Below, piece after piece: positions 13,013 through 25,296 of a DNA stretch of 64,000 nucleotides. This stretch comes from Eledone cirrhosa (taxonomy: Eukaryota). Positions within the stretch are counted from its first letter, which is position 1; every line of letters begins with the position of its first letter. The notes below the pieces were generated by a model. That model was not told the DNA's origin. It did not search any database and was given only the letters and a program-made list of their open reading frames with translations. Location of the stretch: positions 19,096,001-19,160,000 of the forward strand of contig OZ024759.1 in the NCBI GenBank assembly GCA_964016885.1, read 5' to 3'. The position numbers and the translations under genes were made by a program.

Positions 13013-13055
<43 letters not shown>

Positions 13056-13070
13056 TATATATATACATAT

Positions 13071-13101
<31 letters not shown>

Positions 13102-13502
13102 CACACACACACATATATACATATACACATACACACACACATATATACACATATACACATATACACACACACATATATACACATGTATATATATATACAC
13201 ACACACATACAACAGTATTTCATAATATATATAATATATATATATATATAACCTACATTACATTCTTCTTATAGATTTTGCTACTGTTGATGTGCTTTTG
13301 TTTTACGTTTTCCATATTCTTTCTTCTCCAACATCCTCTACTTCTCTAACAACAACTAATACTAATACTACTACAAAGTTCAAATCCCGTTGAAGTCAAC
13401 TTTACCTTTCAGCCTTCACTAATCTATAAAGTAAAGTATCAGTGGTGAATATGTGTATTTTTAAGTTTCAGGTCATAAACAGTTAACACAACCACAAGGA
13501 TA

Positions 13503-13760
13503 TGGTCCGAACGTGTGAGTGAGTGTGTGTGTGTTGGCTGAACACCCACTGTCATCGCCTCCATCTTTCTCGCCCTCCTCATCTCTCTGTATGGTGAGCA
13601 AACGGGGTTCCACGTACTGGCTTCCCTCACAGCCCCGGCAGACAGAATGGAGAAGGCGTTACCCGCGGGGTAAAGGGAGTTGCACTCGAAGAGCCATTCC
13701 ATCTCGCGAGCCTGACGCCTGCGGCTGTCCAGCTCAGCGCCTATGGCGGTTAGTAGGGAA
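13503..13760 (-). mobile_element. CRE-like LINE 3' fragment
   Basis: Minus ORF EWLF..GNAFSILSAGAVR matches the C-terminus and 3' UTR of 61801-63400. Confidence 0.8.
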
Positions 13761-13909
13761 ACCAGTTAAGTACTAGATCAATATAAGAGTCTTTCCCCTT
13801 CCCCAAATTACTGGTCTTCTGTCATCGTTATAAAGAATCATTATTCTCCATCGGTTGCTTTTTATTCTTTTCCTAATTGTCATCATAATCATCGTTATTA
13901 TCGTTATTA

Positions 13910-14118
13910 TTATGGCAGTATTGTCAGTATCGGTAGAGGGTCGGACGCCATGCTTTGCAGCATAGAGTTACGGCCCTTTATGATCTGAGTTCAAATCCCG
14001 CCGAGGTTAACTTTGCCTTTCATCCTTACGGTGTCGATAAAATAAAGGACCAGTAATATACTGGGGTCGATTTAATCGACTTACCCCTCCCCAAAAATTG
14101 CTTGCCTTGTGCCTAACA
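13910..14118 (+). mobile_element. tRNA-derived SINE family 1 (representative; more than 30 full or partial copies in the window)
   Basis: A-box-like TGTCAGTATCGG, B box GAGTTCAAATCCC, core AACTTTGCCTTTCATCC..GTCGATAAAATAAAG. Confidence 0.85.
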
Positions 14119-14335
14119 CAGAGGAGACTGAGGTTTGCTGAACATGCTCACCGACATTCAGAGTTGACACTGCACTCAGTGTCCTGTGAGAGCCCCTACA
14201 TAGACACACTAGAAGAGGGAGACCGAGGTTGACATATATTGATGCCCTAAGGACAGACACTGGTCTCTGAGAGATGCAGGACATGGCGGTGATAATGAAG
14301 GACAGAAACCGCTGAAGAGAACTCGTCCATGGATC
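14119..14335 (+). mobile_element. RTE-group LINE 3' remnant
   Basis: RRLRFAEHAHRH..RRGRPRLTYIDALRTDTG..MKDR, with stops. Confidence 0.65.
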
Positions 14336-14354
14336 TCAGGAATTTTACCCACCC

Positions 14355-14390
<36 letters not shown>

Positions 14391-14399
<9 letters not shown>

Positions 14400-14572
14400 T
14401 GAGATTCTACAGGACTAGAACTGTTTCATTCTTTAGAAATCATCAGATGATTTCTAAAGAATGAAATAGTTCTAGTCCTGTAGAATCTCATCTATATTAA
14501 AACTTTTATACTCTGCAATGTATTGAGTACCTTACTTACTGTGGTTACCTCCGATTCAACCCGGAATAACGT
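14391..14572 (+). mobile_element. Family D copy 2
   Basis: Arms 14391-14444 / 14446-14499 centred in the CTGATGA core; tail 14500-14572 homologous to 12383-12458. Confidence 0.8.
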
Positions 14573-14592
14573 ATATATATATATATAAATAT

Positions 14593-14874
14593 ACGATATT
14601 AACAAATGGAAACCATATTTATAAAACCATATTTATTTCATTATACATATTTCAAGGACACCAAGTTAAATTATGTTGTGCTTTCATCAGATAAAATATA
14701 GATCAAATATAATATAGATCAGTTTTATAAATAAATATTGACATACCCTTAAAGAATGCAACCATTACTGTTGGAAGCTCCCGTATTTTTACTCGAAATA
14801 TTTGTTGAGTGCTTTATATCAGTTATAAAAATATTTGCTTGTTGTATCCCAACAATTTAAATAGAACTTTTACA
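14593..14874. mobile_element. Family C copy 3 (minus-strand hammerhead arm joined to plus-strand tail)
   Basis: Homology to 10189-10582; (TA)n flanks. Confidence 0.75.
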
Positions 14875-14875
14875 A

Positions 14876-14908
<33 letters not shown>

Positions 14909-15307
14909 GGTGTGGGTGGGTGAGAGTGTGTGTGTGGGGGGGGGGGGGGGAGTGTGTGTGTGTGTGTATGTTACGTTCTAACTATTCCGCCATTTCACTG
15001 CTTATAACGATAATGCTTTCTTTTGAAGACATGGCAACAGTAATGTATTGCTAAATAACATCTAGGATGTTTTAACGTAGAAGCATTTACTGAAAACAAT
15101 AAATCATTTTATAAGGATCACATTACATACACAAGACAAAGACAGAATCGATTTAATCAACCAAAGTAAATTATTTCGTAACCGTTGTCTGCTGCGAATT
15201 AAATAAGTTTTAGTGTGATTGCAAACATGGAACGCTAGGCAAAAAAGAAATAGTAATAAATAACCAACAAAACACCATACAACAATTGTTTATGTAAAGC
15301 TATACAG

Positions 15308-15341
<34 letters not shown>

Positions 15342-15419
15342 CGCGTGTGTGTGTAAGTGTATGTGTACATGTATGTATATATACTCATATACACATAAAT
15401 GTGTGTGTGTATATATATA

Positions 15420-15457
<38 letters not shown>

Positions 15458-15537
15458 TACATATATATATATATATTTATATATATATATATTTATAAAT
15501 ATATATATATATATGTATATATATATAAATATATATG

Positions 15538-15569
<32 letters not shown>

Positions 15570-15609
15570 AATATATATGTATATATATATAAATATATAT
15601 ATATGTATG

Positions 15610-15645
<36 letters not shown>

Positions 15646-15814
15646 TTTATGTGTATAAGAGTATATACACATACACAGACGTGTGTGTGTGTGTCTGTTT
15701 GCAAGCTTGCAATGTAGATATAAAATCAAAGCTATTATCGAAAAAGAAAGCTGAAGTGGTTTGCCTTCTTCAGACTAAAATACAATTTCTAGTCAACACT
15801 TCAAATATCGGTTT

Positions 15815-15944
<130 letters not shown>

Positions 15945-16248
15945 TGAAGGCGTGTGGCTGAGTGGTTAGAGAATTCGCAATCGTAAGGTTGTGAGTTCGA
16001 TTCCTGGACCAGGCGATGCGTTATGTCCTTGGGCAAGACACTTTATTTCACGTTGCTTGTTCTACCTGGAGTTGCGACCGATAGATAGTATTAGTAATTG
16101 GAAAGACCAACGGAAACACTGTTCCCTCGGTCCGATTTGACGAAAGTCGATCATCTCCTATATATATATATATGTATATGTAATGTGTATGTGCTTGTAT
16201 ATATATAATGCATGTGTGCATATATGTATATACATCTTTATACGTGTG

Positions 16249-16281
<33 letters not shown>

Positions 16282-16459
16282 CATCATCATCATCGTTTAA
16301 CGTCCATATTCCACGCTTGCATGGATATATATATATATATATATATATATGTTTATATGCATGTGTATGTATATACAAGTTTATAAGCGCATGTGTGTAT
16401 ATATATGTGTGTATATATATATGTACATATATATATACATACACACATATTTATATATA

Positions 16460-16492
<33 letters not shown>

Positions 16493-16939
16493 TAATAAAA
16501 TAATGAATAAACTAAGAAACAGTTCCTTATATTAAAAAAAATTTCATCATTTTACGATCGTTTCTAGGATATATATGTGTTAGAGTTGGTATGCATATTC
16601 TATAGATCTATGTACAATATTTATACAAACAATCAGAGGGAATATACATACCTACACATATATATGCTGTCTGCAGAAATAATGATATTTGTTTATTGAA
16701 AAAAACAAAGATTCAATACAATAGGTATATATAATGGAATAAAAGATGTTGAACATATGATATAATCTCTTTTCCTTTTCTCATAAATAAATAAATATAT
16801 ACATAAATATGGTCCACCTGGTTTCTTACCACACTTTCTTTGTGAAATACCACCTAATATCAGTCCTCATCGTTGTAACCGACGGAGGCGGCCTAAATCA
16901 CGAAAGAGCCCAACTGCGTGTATCGTATGTTCTGATTAA

Positions 16940-17195
16940 TAAAATACAGATGCTGTTGGATTTACGATCATAAATGTCGTGGGTTCGATTTCTCGACGAA
17001 GTTGTGTGGTCTTGGGCAAAACACTTTTTTTTTTTTTCACGGTGTTCCAGTACACTTAGCTGAACATGATTACCAAGTGTAGCTGGGAATTTAACCCCTG
17101 CAATAGACTGGTGTGCTGTCCAGTCAGAGGGGAGTCTTGTACTCTCAGTCGCTTAACGCTAAGGAAACCAGGATAAACACCGGCCTGATGAGAAG
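16940..17195 (+). mobile_element. tRNA-derived SINE with V-domain-like segment
   Basis: GGGTTCGATTTC B box; CCTGCAATAGACTGGTGTGCTGTCCAG; homologous to 61480-61725. Confidence 0.65.
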
Positions 17196-17976
17196 ATTTC
17201 GGATTTTAAAGTATATACAGTACATGCCTTGCAATACATTACATTGTGTTACGTTGTGTTTCATCGCCCCGTGTATAAACGTCGTTTATATTCCTTAGTA
17301 TCCACTACATTTAGCAGACCCTCGCACATATAAGCTCGAAGTTATTGTTAATGCGTCCTCTAGAATCCACAACTAGGAATCCCAATTGTCAGATTTGTCA
17401 ATGTAGAATTTTACCTTATGCAGAGAAGAGCTCTGCATGTGTACATATTTTCCTGGCTACATTTTTTTGTGTCTTATAACATTAAATAATAATGGTTTCT
17501 ACTTTTGGCACAAGGCCAGCAAATACCCAGTGAATTACTGGTACTTTATTTTATCGACCTCATAAGGATGAAAGGCAAAGTTAACCGCGGCGGGATTTGA
17601 ACTCAGACCGTAAAGGGACGTAACTCAGAATAACTGTTTCTACTTTTGGCACAAGGCCAGCAATTATCCAGTACATTACTGGTACTTTATTTACTGGGTA
17701 ATTGCTGGCCTTGTGCCAAAAGTAGAAACAGTTATTCTGAGTTACGTAACTCAGAATAACATTAAATAATAATGTTTCTTTTTATATAACAATCATTTAT
17801 ATAACATAATCACAACAACTGTTTATGTAAATAAACATTTAATAATGTTTTTCTTTTTCTTTTTTTTTATATAAATCTTTTTTTTCCAGAGAAACACTAA
17901 CGCGATAAACGTTGTCGAACGATTCTACATGCTGCAGAGACACACAAAATTATTTTCAATATATATATATATATAT

Positions 17977-18250
17977 ACGATATTAAATAAATGGAAATTA
18001 TATTTATAAAACCATATTTATTTCATTATATATATTTCAGGGATATCATATTAAAAATATGTTATGCCTTCTTCAGACAAAATACAATATAAACAGTCTT
18101 ATAAATAGATAGATTCGACATACCTTTTCAACTTCGACTTGCATTTGAAAAGTTGATTTGGTAAATATACTCCAAATACTTGTTGAGTGCTTTTATATCA
18201 GTTATAAATATTTACTTGTTGTAACCCAACAATTTAAATATAACTTTCCA
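17977..18250. mobile_element. Family C copy 4 (minus-strand hammerhead arm plus plus-strand tail)
   Basis: Same layout as 14593-14874; tail hairpin 18168-18189. Confidence 0.75.
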
Positions 18251-18256
18251 TATATA

Positions 18257-18603
18257 TTTCGTTTCTGAATTTGTTTAGCAAGATTCTTTATCTGAAATCG
18301 TGTGTTGAAACCGATATTGTTTGACACACAGAAACAAAATGGCGTAGGATAGAAGAAAGAAAAGGCACAGAAACGAAGAAAGGAATCCCCAGTCACTGAA
18401 GAGGTCACAGAGTGTGTGACGAAAGGACTATGACTGTATATATAAACAACTATCTGGTTGTGGAACCAACCAACCAACCAGAAATTTATAAGTTTGTAGA
18501 TTTGTAAATTTATAAATTTATAAATATATAATAAATTGAAGTGAAAGCAACTGGTGCGTGTGTTTCTTATTGGCAACATGACCCTCCCAAAGTATAACAA
18601 TTT

Positions 18604-18605
<2 letters not shown>
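18257..18605 (+). mobile_element. Family F-related element
   Basis: Ends ATGACCCTCCCAAAGTATAACAAT like the arms of 9752-10157; TA flanks; contains a hammerhead. Confidence 0.65.
18390..18436 (+). ncRNA. Type I hammerhead ribozyme (family F)
   Basis: CAGTCA-CTGAAGA-G-GTCACA-GAGTG-TGTGAC-GAAA-GGAC-TA|TGACTG, with perfect 6-bp stems I and II. Confidence 0.85.
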
Positions 18606-18671
<66 letters not shown>

Positions 18672-18904
18672 GACGTCGTCCAAAACTAACATTCAAAACA
18701 TCAGCGATTTTCGAACGAAAGTAAAATAATAAACATCTTGCCAATAAGATTGGACTCGTATATATATCATTTACTTCCTGCTTTCATATACAATGCATCG
18801 ATATCAATTGAAATAAGATTAACATTAAACGATAGCAAGAAAAATATATAGAACAAATAAACAAACACGTTTTCTGATAGATACGTAAGTGGATAGATAG
18901 ATAA

Positions 18905-21009
18905 ATTTCTTTATTAGCCACAAGGACACAAAAGAAAGGGACAAATACAAATGGGGAGTTTACATACAGGTATATGAAAATAAAACTATTAATAAAATAA
19001 CAAATAACAATTGAAATCCCCAATGGGGAGGAGGCGTTACACAGGGGTTGTACACACCCCGAAAAAATGTACAACCCTCATCTCCAGGAGCACCAAGAGT
19101 AAGTACTCCCTTCCTCTCTTCCTCTTTTTCCTCAACCAACAGGCTTATATAGAGAGAAGGCCCAACCACTCGGGCCATCTTTGCCAGATTCCCCCACCTT
19201 TTATAAAATTTGCTGGGGTACAGCACCTCTCTCTACATCCTGATTCTTCTTCCAAAATTATATTTGAAAAAACAAATCAGTTGTTCGCCGGAGAGAAAGC
19301 TGTCTGACCTCAGCCCTTTTAACCTCGTCCACCATAGTCATAACACATAGGAAAACCTCCTCTCCCTCGTTTTTGAAGGAGGGTGGCGGTTTGATCATGA
19401 TAATGGACTCGGTGGTCAACTGGATTGGTCCCACCCGCGACAATAGCCGTTCTACATAGCCCCACGGGTCAGTGACGCCCGGGCAGTGTATGAATGCGTG
19501 CGCGACGGTTTCTTCGTCTCGCACGCAACTCGGACAGATCTTTTTTGCAGGGACCCTGCCCGGGCGCCCATGTCTGTAGAGCTTGTCTCGAACTGGTAGA
19601 GCTCCTCGGTAGCACTGCCAGGCCAGGGACTTTTGGAAGTTGTCCATCGGTCCCCGGCGGAAGGTCCTACCGAACAGACTGGCCAGTTCGTCTTCCTCTA
19701 CGCCTAGAGTTTCACCAAGCGCGTCGTCACACTTGCTGCGGATCAACCCTCTATAGAATGACGAAGTGGAGTCTCCACTGATCGCCGGGTCCGCCTGCCA
19801 GAGAGCTGTGAGCGCCTGAGCACATTCGATGTGCCAGTCGCCCATTTTCCTCGGTCTTTGCTTGACCCAGGACTGCAGCTCGGTCAGCGAGACGAGTCGT
19901 GGGAAGGCTCGCCTCACGAACGGGTCCACACCAGTTGTCCGGTGAGGAATACGTAGAGATGCCGCAGCCTGAGCGCGTGTTTGTGCATCGTCAGCCACGG
20001 CATCCCCAGCCCTCCGTTAGAAGGGTGTTGGCAGCAGATGGATCTTCTCACCAAAGGAGCCCGTCTCTTCCAAAAGAATTGGAAGAGCGCGCGCTCCATT
20101 TTGGTGAGCGTTTTGGCTGGACAAGGCACGACGGTCAAGCAGTAGTAGATGGCGGACGCTATAAAAGTGTTCGCCACCTCCGCTCGACCTTTCAAGGATA
20201 GTTTGCACTCGGCCCACTTCTGGGTGAGTGCAAACACCTTGGCCGTCACTTCGTTCCAGTTCTTCTCCACCTGGAGGTCCGGACCAAACCAGACCCCGAG
20301 CAGCTTTACCGGTCCTTCCGTCCAGCGTCCTACGACGCCATCGGAAGGCATCGGTTTGCCTCTCCACGGTCCGAGTTGCAAACCGATGGACTTGTCTCGG
20401 TTCAGCTTCGCTCCTGTGAAACTTTCGTATTCCTTCAGTAAGGTGCCGACTTCCTCGATATGCGAGGCGCTCGACACCATTACTGTCACGTCGTCGGCGT
20501 AGGCCGACGCCGCTTTCCGCAGCCCCGGTTCCAGAGGGATGCCCTGCAATAGCTCCAACTTCCGCAGTATTGGCTCGAGAGTCAATACGTACAGAAGGGA
20601 GGAGAGAAGGCATCCCTGTCGAATGGATCGCGTAATATGGAACGGCTCCGAGAGGTAGCCGTTCACCTTGAATCTTGAGCAGATGTTGCTGTTATGCATT
20701 GCAGCAATCCAGCCCCTGAACACGGGTCCGAAGCCTGCCGCCTCGAGCACCGCATCCAGGTAACGATGGTCAACCCTATCAAAAGCCTTAGACTGATCCA
20801 AGTTGATCAGGGCCCCAGCGAAGCCGGGTTTACACCCTACCATCTCTATGATATATCGCATGAGGTGAAGGTTGTCGTGTATGGACCTGGTCGGGATTGC
20901 GTATGTCTGCGCTTCTCCCACCAGGTTTTCGACAACAAGCGCCAGCCTCTTTGCCAACACCTTGACCAAAATCTGTAACTCTGTGTTTAGCAGAGTTATG
21001 GGCCGGAAA
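18905..21009 (-). mobile_element. 5'-truncated Tx1-like (L1 clade) LINE: RT plus C-terminal zinc finger, frameshifted
   Basis: FRPITLLNTE, LDQSKAFDRVDH, QGCLLS, YADDVTV, GGLG; CPSC..ETVAHAFIHC; 3' AATAAA; (GATA)n on both sides. Confidence 0.92.
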
Positions 21010-21063
21010 GTGGATAGATAGATAGATAAATAGATAGATTGGTAGGTAGGTAAGTAGATAGAT

Positions 21064-21665
21064 ATTGGGATGGCCAAAAGGTTGGTTCTGGTTTTTAAGA
21101 AAAAATAAGATAAGTCATTTATTCAATCAATCATATAATTACAGTCTCATTCGAGTGTGTTCCGTCATTTTCTAAGCAGATTCATTATTCCACTTTCAAA
21201 GAATTTTTAATTGAATTTTTAAATCCTCTTCGGAATTGAAGGTTTGTCGATTCAACGATTTTTGAGGAGACCGAAACTGGAGGAAATCTGGAAGCGCAAG
21301 GTCGAGTGAATATGGAGGGTTTGACAAAACTTCCCAGTCAAGGCCCAGTAACTTCTGCTGCGTCAGCAAAAAGTGTGGTCTGGCACTGTTGTGCTTACGA
21401 TTAGCTAGTGCTTGATTCTTCTGATGAATCGCTGCGTTTTATTTGTCCAGCTGGTCAGAGTAAACATCCGAATTGATTGTCATGTTCATGGGGAGAAGCT
21501 CGAAAAAAAGATACCCTTTCCACCAAATTGAAAGCATATCCTTCATCGGATGAAGTTCTGCTTTGAAGGTTGTTTGTGATGGTTCACCGCGCCTCCCCAT
21601 GATAGTTTTCACTTCACATTGTTATAGACAATCCATTTTCCGTCCCCCCGATACCATTCTCATTA
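21064..21665 (-). mobile_element. Mariner transposase remnant
   Basis: Minus-strand pieces GDGKWIVYNNVK, GEPSQTTFKAELHP, HNSARPH, WEVLSNPPYSLDLA (compare YSPDLAP); TIR-like ATTGGGATGGCCAAAAG. Confidence 0.85.
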
Positions 21666-22019
21666 AGTAGATGTTTCTTCTCCTACCCAGGTAATTTTCA
21701 CATAAATATCGTCTGTATGTATGAAGTAGACGAAATATCGCTATTTGATATTATATATTATATTTTTCATTAGTCTGACTGTTTTTATTGTACCTTCAGG
21801 CATTAAAAACAATTTTGTTTTCGATTGTTTTGTGTTTGGTTAGGCTGTACTGTTCCTGGCCATCATAGAAGCACGTATTGGAAGGTAAAAATTCAAGACT
21901 AGCGTCAAAGAATGAAACTAGTGGGAGATAACCAACAAAGTCAAACAACGTCCTCTGGCGTGGTAAATCAAAACTAAGGGGACGTAAGTATCTCATGGAC
22001 GGCGAGAGATGTAGATTTG

Positions 22020-22260
22020 GTGGCCATATGTGGTGTGGTGGTGGTGGTGCTGCTGCTGCTGGTGATGGTGTTGGTGATGTTGATTGTGATGATATTGATA
22101 GTAATGACGGTGGTGGTAATGTTGATGGTGGTAGTGGTGGGTGTAATGGTGGTGATGATGATGATGATGAAGACTGTCATGATGTTGATTGTGATGACAG
22201 TTGTGGTAATGTTGATGGAGGTGGTGGCGATAATAATGATGATGATGATGATGATGGTAA
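22020..22260. repeat. Degenerate (GGT/GAT)n triplet repeat
   Basis: Direct reading. Confidence 0.95.
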
Positions 22261-22482
22261 TAATTGTTTCTACTTTTGGCACAAGGCCAGCAATTACCCC
22301 AGTGTATTACTGGTACTTTATTTTATCGACCCCGTAAGGATGAAAGGTAAAGTTAACCTCGATGGGATTTGAACTCAGACCGTAAAGGGACGTAACTATG
22401 CTTGAAAGCATGGCGTCCGACCCTCTACCGATACTGCCAATTCACCGCCCTTGATGGTAATAATAATAATAATGACGATGAC

Positions 22483-22515
<33 letters not shown>

Positions 22516-23137
22516 GGTGGCAAAATCGTTACAACGTCGGATAGAATGCCTTGTGGTATTTGCAGTATTTGTTCCGGCTTTCTACTCTCTGAATTGAAAT
22601 CCCGCCGAGGTCAACTTTGCCTTTGATCCATTCGAGGTTGATAAAAAAAAGTTCCAGTCTAGTAATGAGGATGGTTCTTCCTCTATATCTCTTTCCTATT
22701 TCCATTCTCCCATTTTCTATCCTTCTATATTCAGGCCTGGAGAGGAGATGGGCTCCACCATGTTTTAAAATGCTCTAGAAACGTCTTATGTTAATAGGGC
22801 GCTCCTACAACTCCCTCGGGGGTTACGGGACAAAGAGAAAAAGGAAACCGTTTTGTATAAAGATTGTATCGTACTTATGGGTCCGTAACACCTGATTGAA
22901 CCGTAGGGACGTCGTCTTGGGCATTTTAAACCTGGTGGAGCCCATCCCGTCTCCAAGTCTGAACGCAGCAGATTTCTTCTAGAGAAAGAGTGAGGAGGGG
23001 GGGGGGATATATAGTGAAAGAATCAAGCCCAGCACTGGACTTGTACCTTTTTATCGACCTCGAAAGTATGAAAATCAAAGATGGAATTTGAACTCAGAGC
23101 ACTGAAACATACACCCCAAAGCATTCTACTCAACATT

Positions 23138-23750
23138 CTAACGACTCTGCCAATTCGCCACCTTGTATAAAGATTGTATTCTAAATATGGACCCGTAAAT
23201 CCTGATAAAATCGTAGGGGCGTCGTATTGAGCACTTTAAGCCTGGTGCACAGTACATACCCTCTCCAAGTTTGAACACAACAGATTTGGAGTTTGGGTGT
23301 GCGAAAGTATAGAATGTAAAGCTTTCTGTCCAGCATTCTAACGACTCTACCAATTCGCCGCCTTGTATAAAGATTGTATTCTAAATATGGACCCGTAAAT
23401 CCTGATAAAATCGTAGGGGCGTCGTATTGAGCACTTTAAGCCTGGTGCAGTACATACCCTCTCCAAGTTTGAACACAACAGATTTGGAGTTTGGGTGTGC
23501 GAAAACATACGATGTAAAGCTTTCCGTCCAGCATTCTAACGACTCTATCAATTCGCCGCCTTGTATAAAGATTGTATTCTAAATATGGGTCCGTAAATCC
23601 TGATAAAATCGTAGGGGCGTCGTATTGAGCACTTTAAGCCTGGTGCACAGTACATACCCTCTCCAAGTTTGAACACAACAGATTTGGAGTTTGGGTGTGC
23701 GAAAACATACGATGTAAAGCTTTCTAACGACTCTATCAATTCGCCGCCTT
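23138..23750. repeat. ~200-bp tandem repeat, 3 units, SINE-derived
   Basis: CTAACGACTCT recurs at 23138, 23338, 23536 and 23724 with near-identical intervening sequence. Confidence 0.92.
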
Positions 23751-24972
23751 GTAACTTCTGATGGACAGAATCGTATGGGCGCCGTATTGACATACGGTGT
23801 TTCTTGAGCATTTTGTAATGCCTGGTGGCGTCCATCTCTTTCCAGGTCTGAATACAACAGATTTCTTCTAGAAAAGACTAGAGTGGAAGAATGGTAGTGG
23901 TGGTGAGAAAGAGATATAGAGGAAGAATTGATCCCAGGACTTGACTGGTACTTTTTTTTATCAATCTCGAATGGTGGAATTTGAACTCAGAGTGTAGAGA
24001 GCCGGAAAAGCATTCCACCTGACGTTCTAACGGCGCCTTAATAAAGATTATAAGCATGTTGAATAGAGAATTTTGCGAAATATCATCATGATAATTCCTC
24101 ATAACTCATAAAAGGCAAATTACTTTAGCTGATATGACTTATGTTACATTACAAGTTATTTGAAATAAGTGAGAAATATTGTTGGTTTCAAGTGGTGTTC
24201 CGAGTGATAATTAAGTTGCAAAGAGACATTTATTCTTATTAACATTGCACAACCTGGGAAATTCTTACTATATTAAATTGTTGAAATGAACGTTAAATTG
24301 CTCGCATCAACATAGGAAATTGGTGAAAACAATGCAAGATTGTAGAAAGAATATATTGGTACAAACATTATAAACACGTATATATAAACTTATTTCCTTT
24401 GCTCTAAATATCTGTTGATATTTAAGGGGAAGGCAATGAATTGACAGAGTCGTTAGATAGTCGAATAGAATGCTTTGCGGTATTCGTTTCGGTTCTCTGA
24501 GTTCAAATCCCGCCGAGATTAACTCTTCCTTTCATCTATTCGAGGTCGATAAAAATGAACCAGTCTAGTTCATCCTCTATATCTCTTTCTCACTTCCGTT
24601 CTCTCACCCTATCCTTGTCTGGAAGAAATCTGTTGTATTCCGACCTGGAGAGGAGATGGACTCCGCCAGATTTTTTTTTTTTAATGCCCAAGAAACGATA
24701 TATGTCAACACCGCGCCCTTACGACTCCCTCGGGAGTTACAGGACCATACATACATTTAAGTGTGGGAAATTAGTAGGTAGAGCGTTGAACAAAATATTT
24801 TTTGGTATTTAGTTACGTCTCTTTACGTTCTGAGTTGAAATCCCGCCGAGGTCAACTTTGCCTTTCATGTTTCCGGAGCCAATAAAATAAAATATCAGTT
24901 ATATACTGGAGTCAACATAATCGACTTTTCTCTTACTCTAAAATTCTGTCCTTGCGCCTCAGTTAAAAATGA

Positions 24973-25142
24973 CGGTATTTCCCGGCGCCGAAGACGCTTC
25001 GTCCTCGAGGATGCACCCTAATTTTGACAACCAAAAATTTGAAAAAAAAATAATAAACAACCTTTGGCCTTCAGGACGCATGGCAGATTTGTTAGGCTTA
25101 TTTTAGGGGGAAAAGTAGCGTCTTCGACGCCGGGAAATACGG
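24973..25142. mobile_element. MITE with CCGTATTT-type TIRs (Tc1/mariner-pogo-like)
   Basis: CGGTATTTCCCGGCGCCGAAGACGCT / AGCGTCTTCGACGCCGGGAAATACGG. Confidence 0.8.
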
Positions 25143-25296
25143 CAATATTTACCTCCTTTGTGAGTGGTAGATTGGCAGAATTGTTAGAGCGTCGGATAAA
25201 ATGCCATTGTGGTATTTGTTCTGACTCTTTACATTCTGAGTTCAAGTCCCGCCGAGGTCAACTTTGCCTTTTATCACACCAGGTGTAGATAAAATA

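Noticed and set aside
19914-21077. 387-aa ORF as a functional RT gene
   Set aside because: N-terminus comes from (GATA)n and flank; the element is 5'-truncated and frameshifted
23138-23750. Regular repeat as a CRISPR array
   Set aside because: The whole 200-bp unit is repeated; there are no variable spacers
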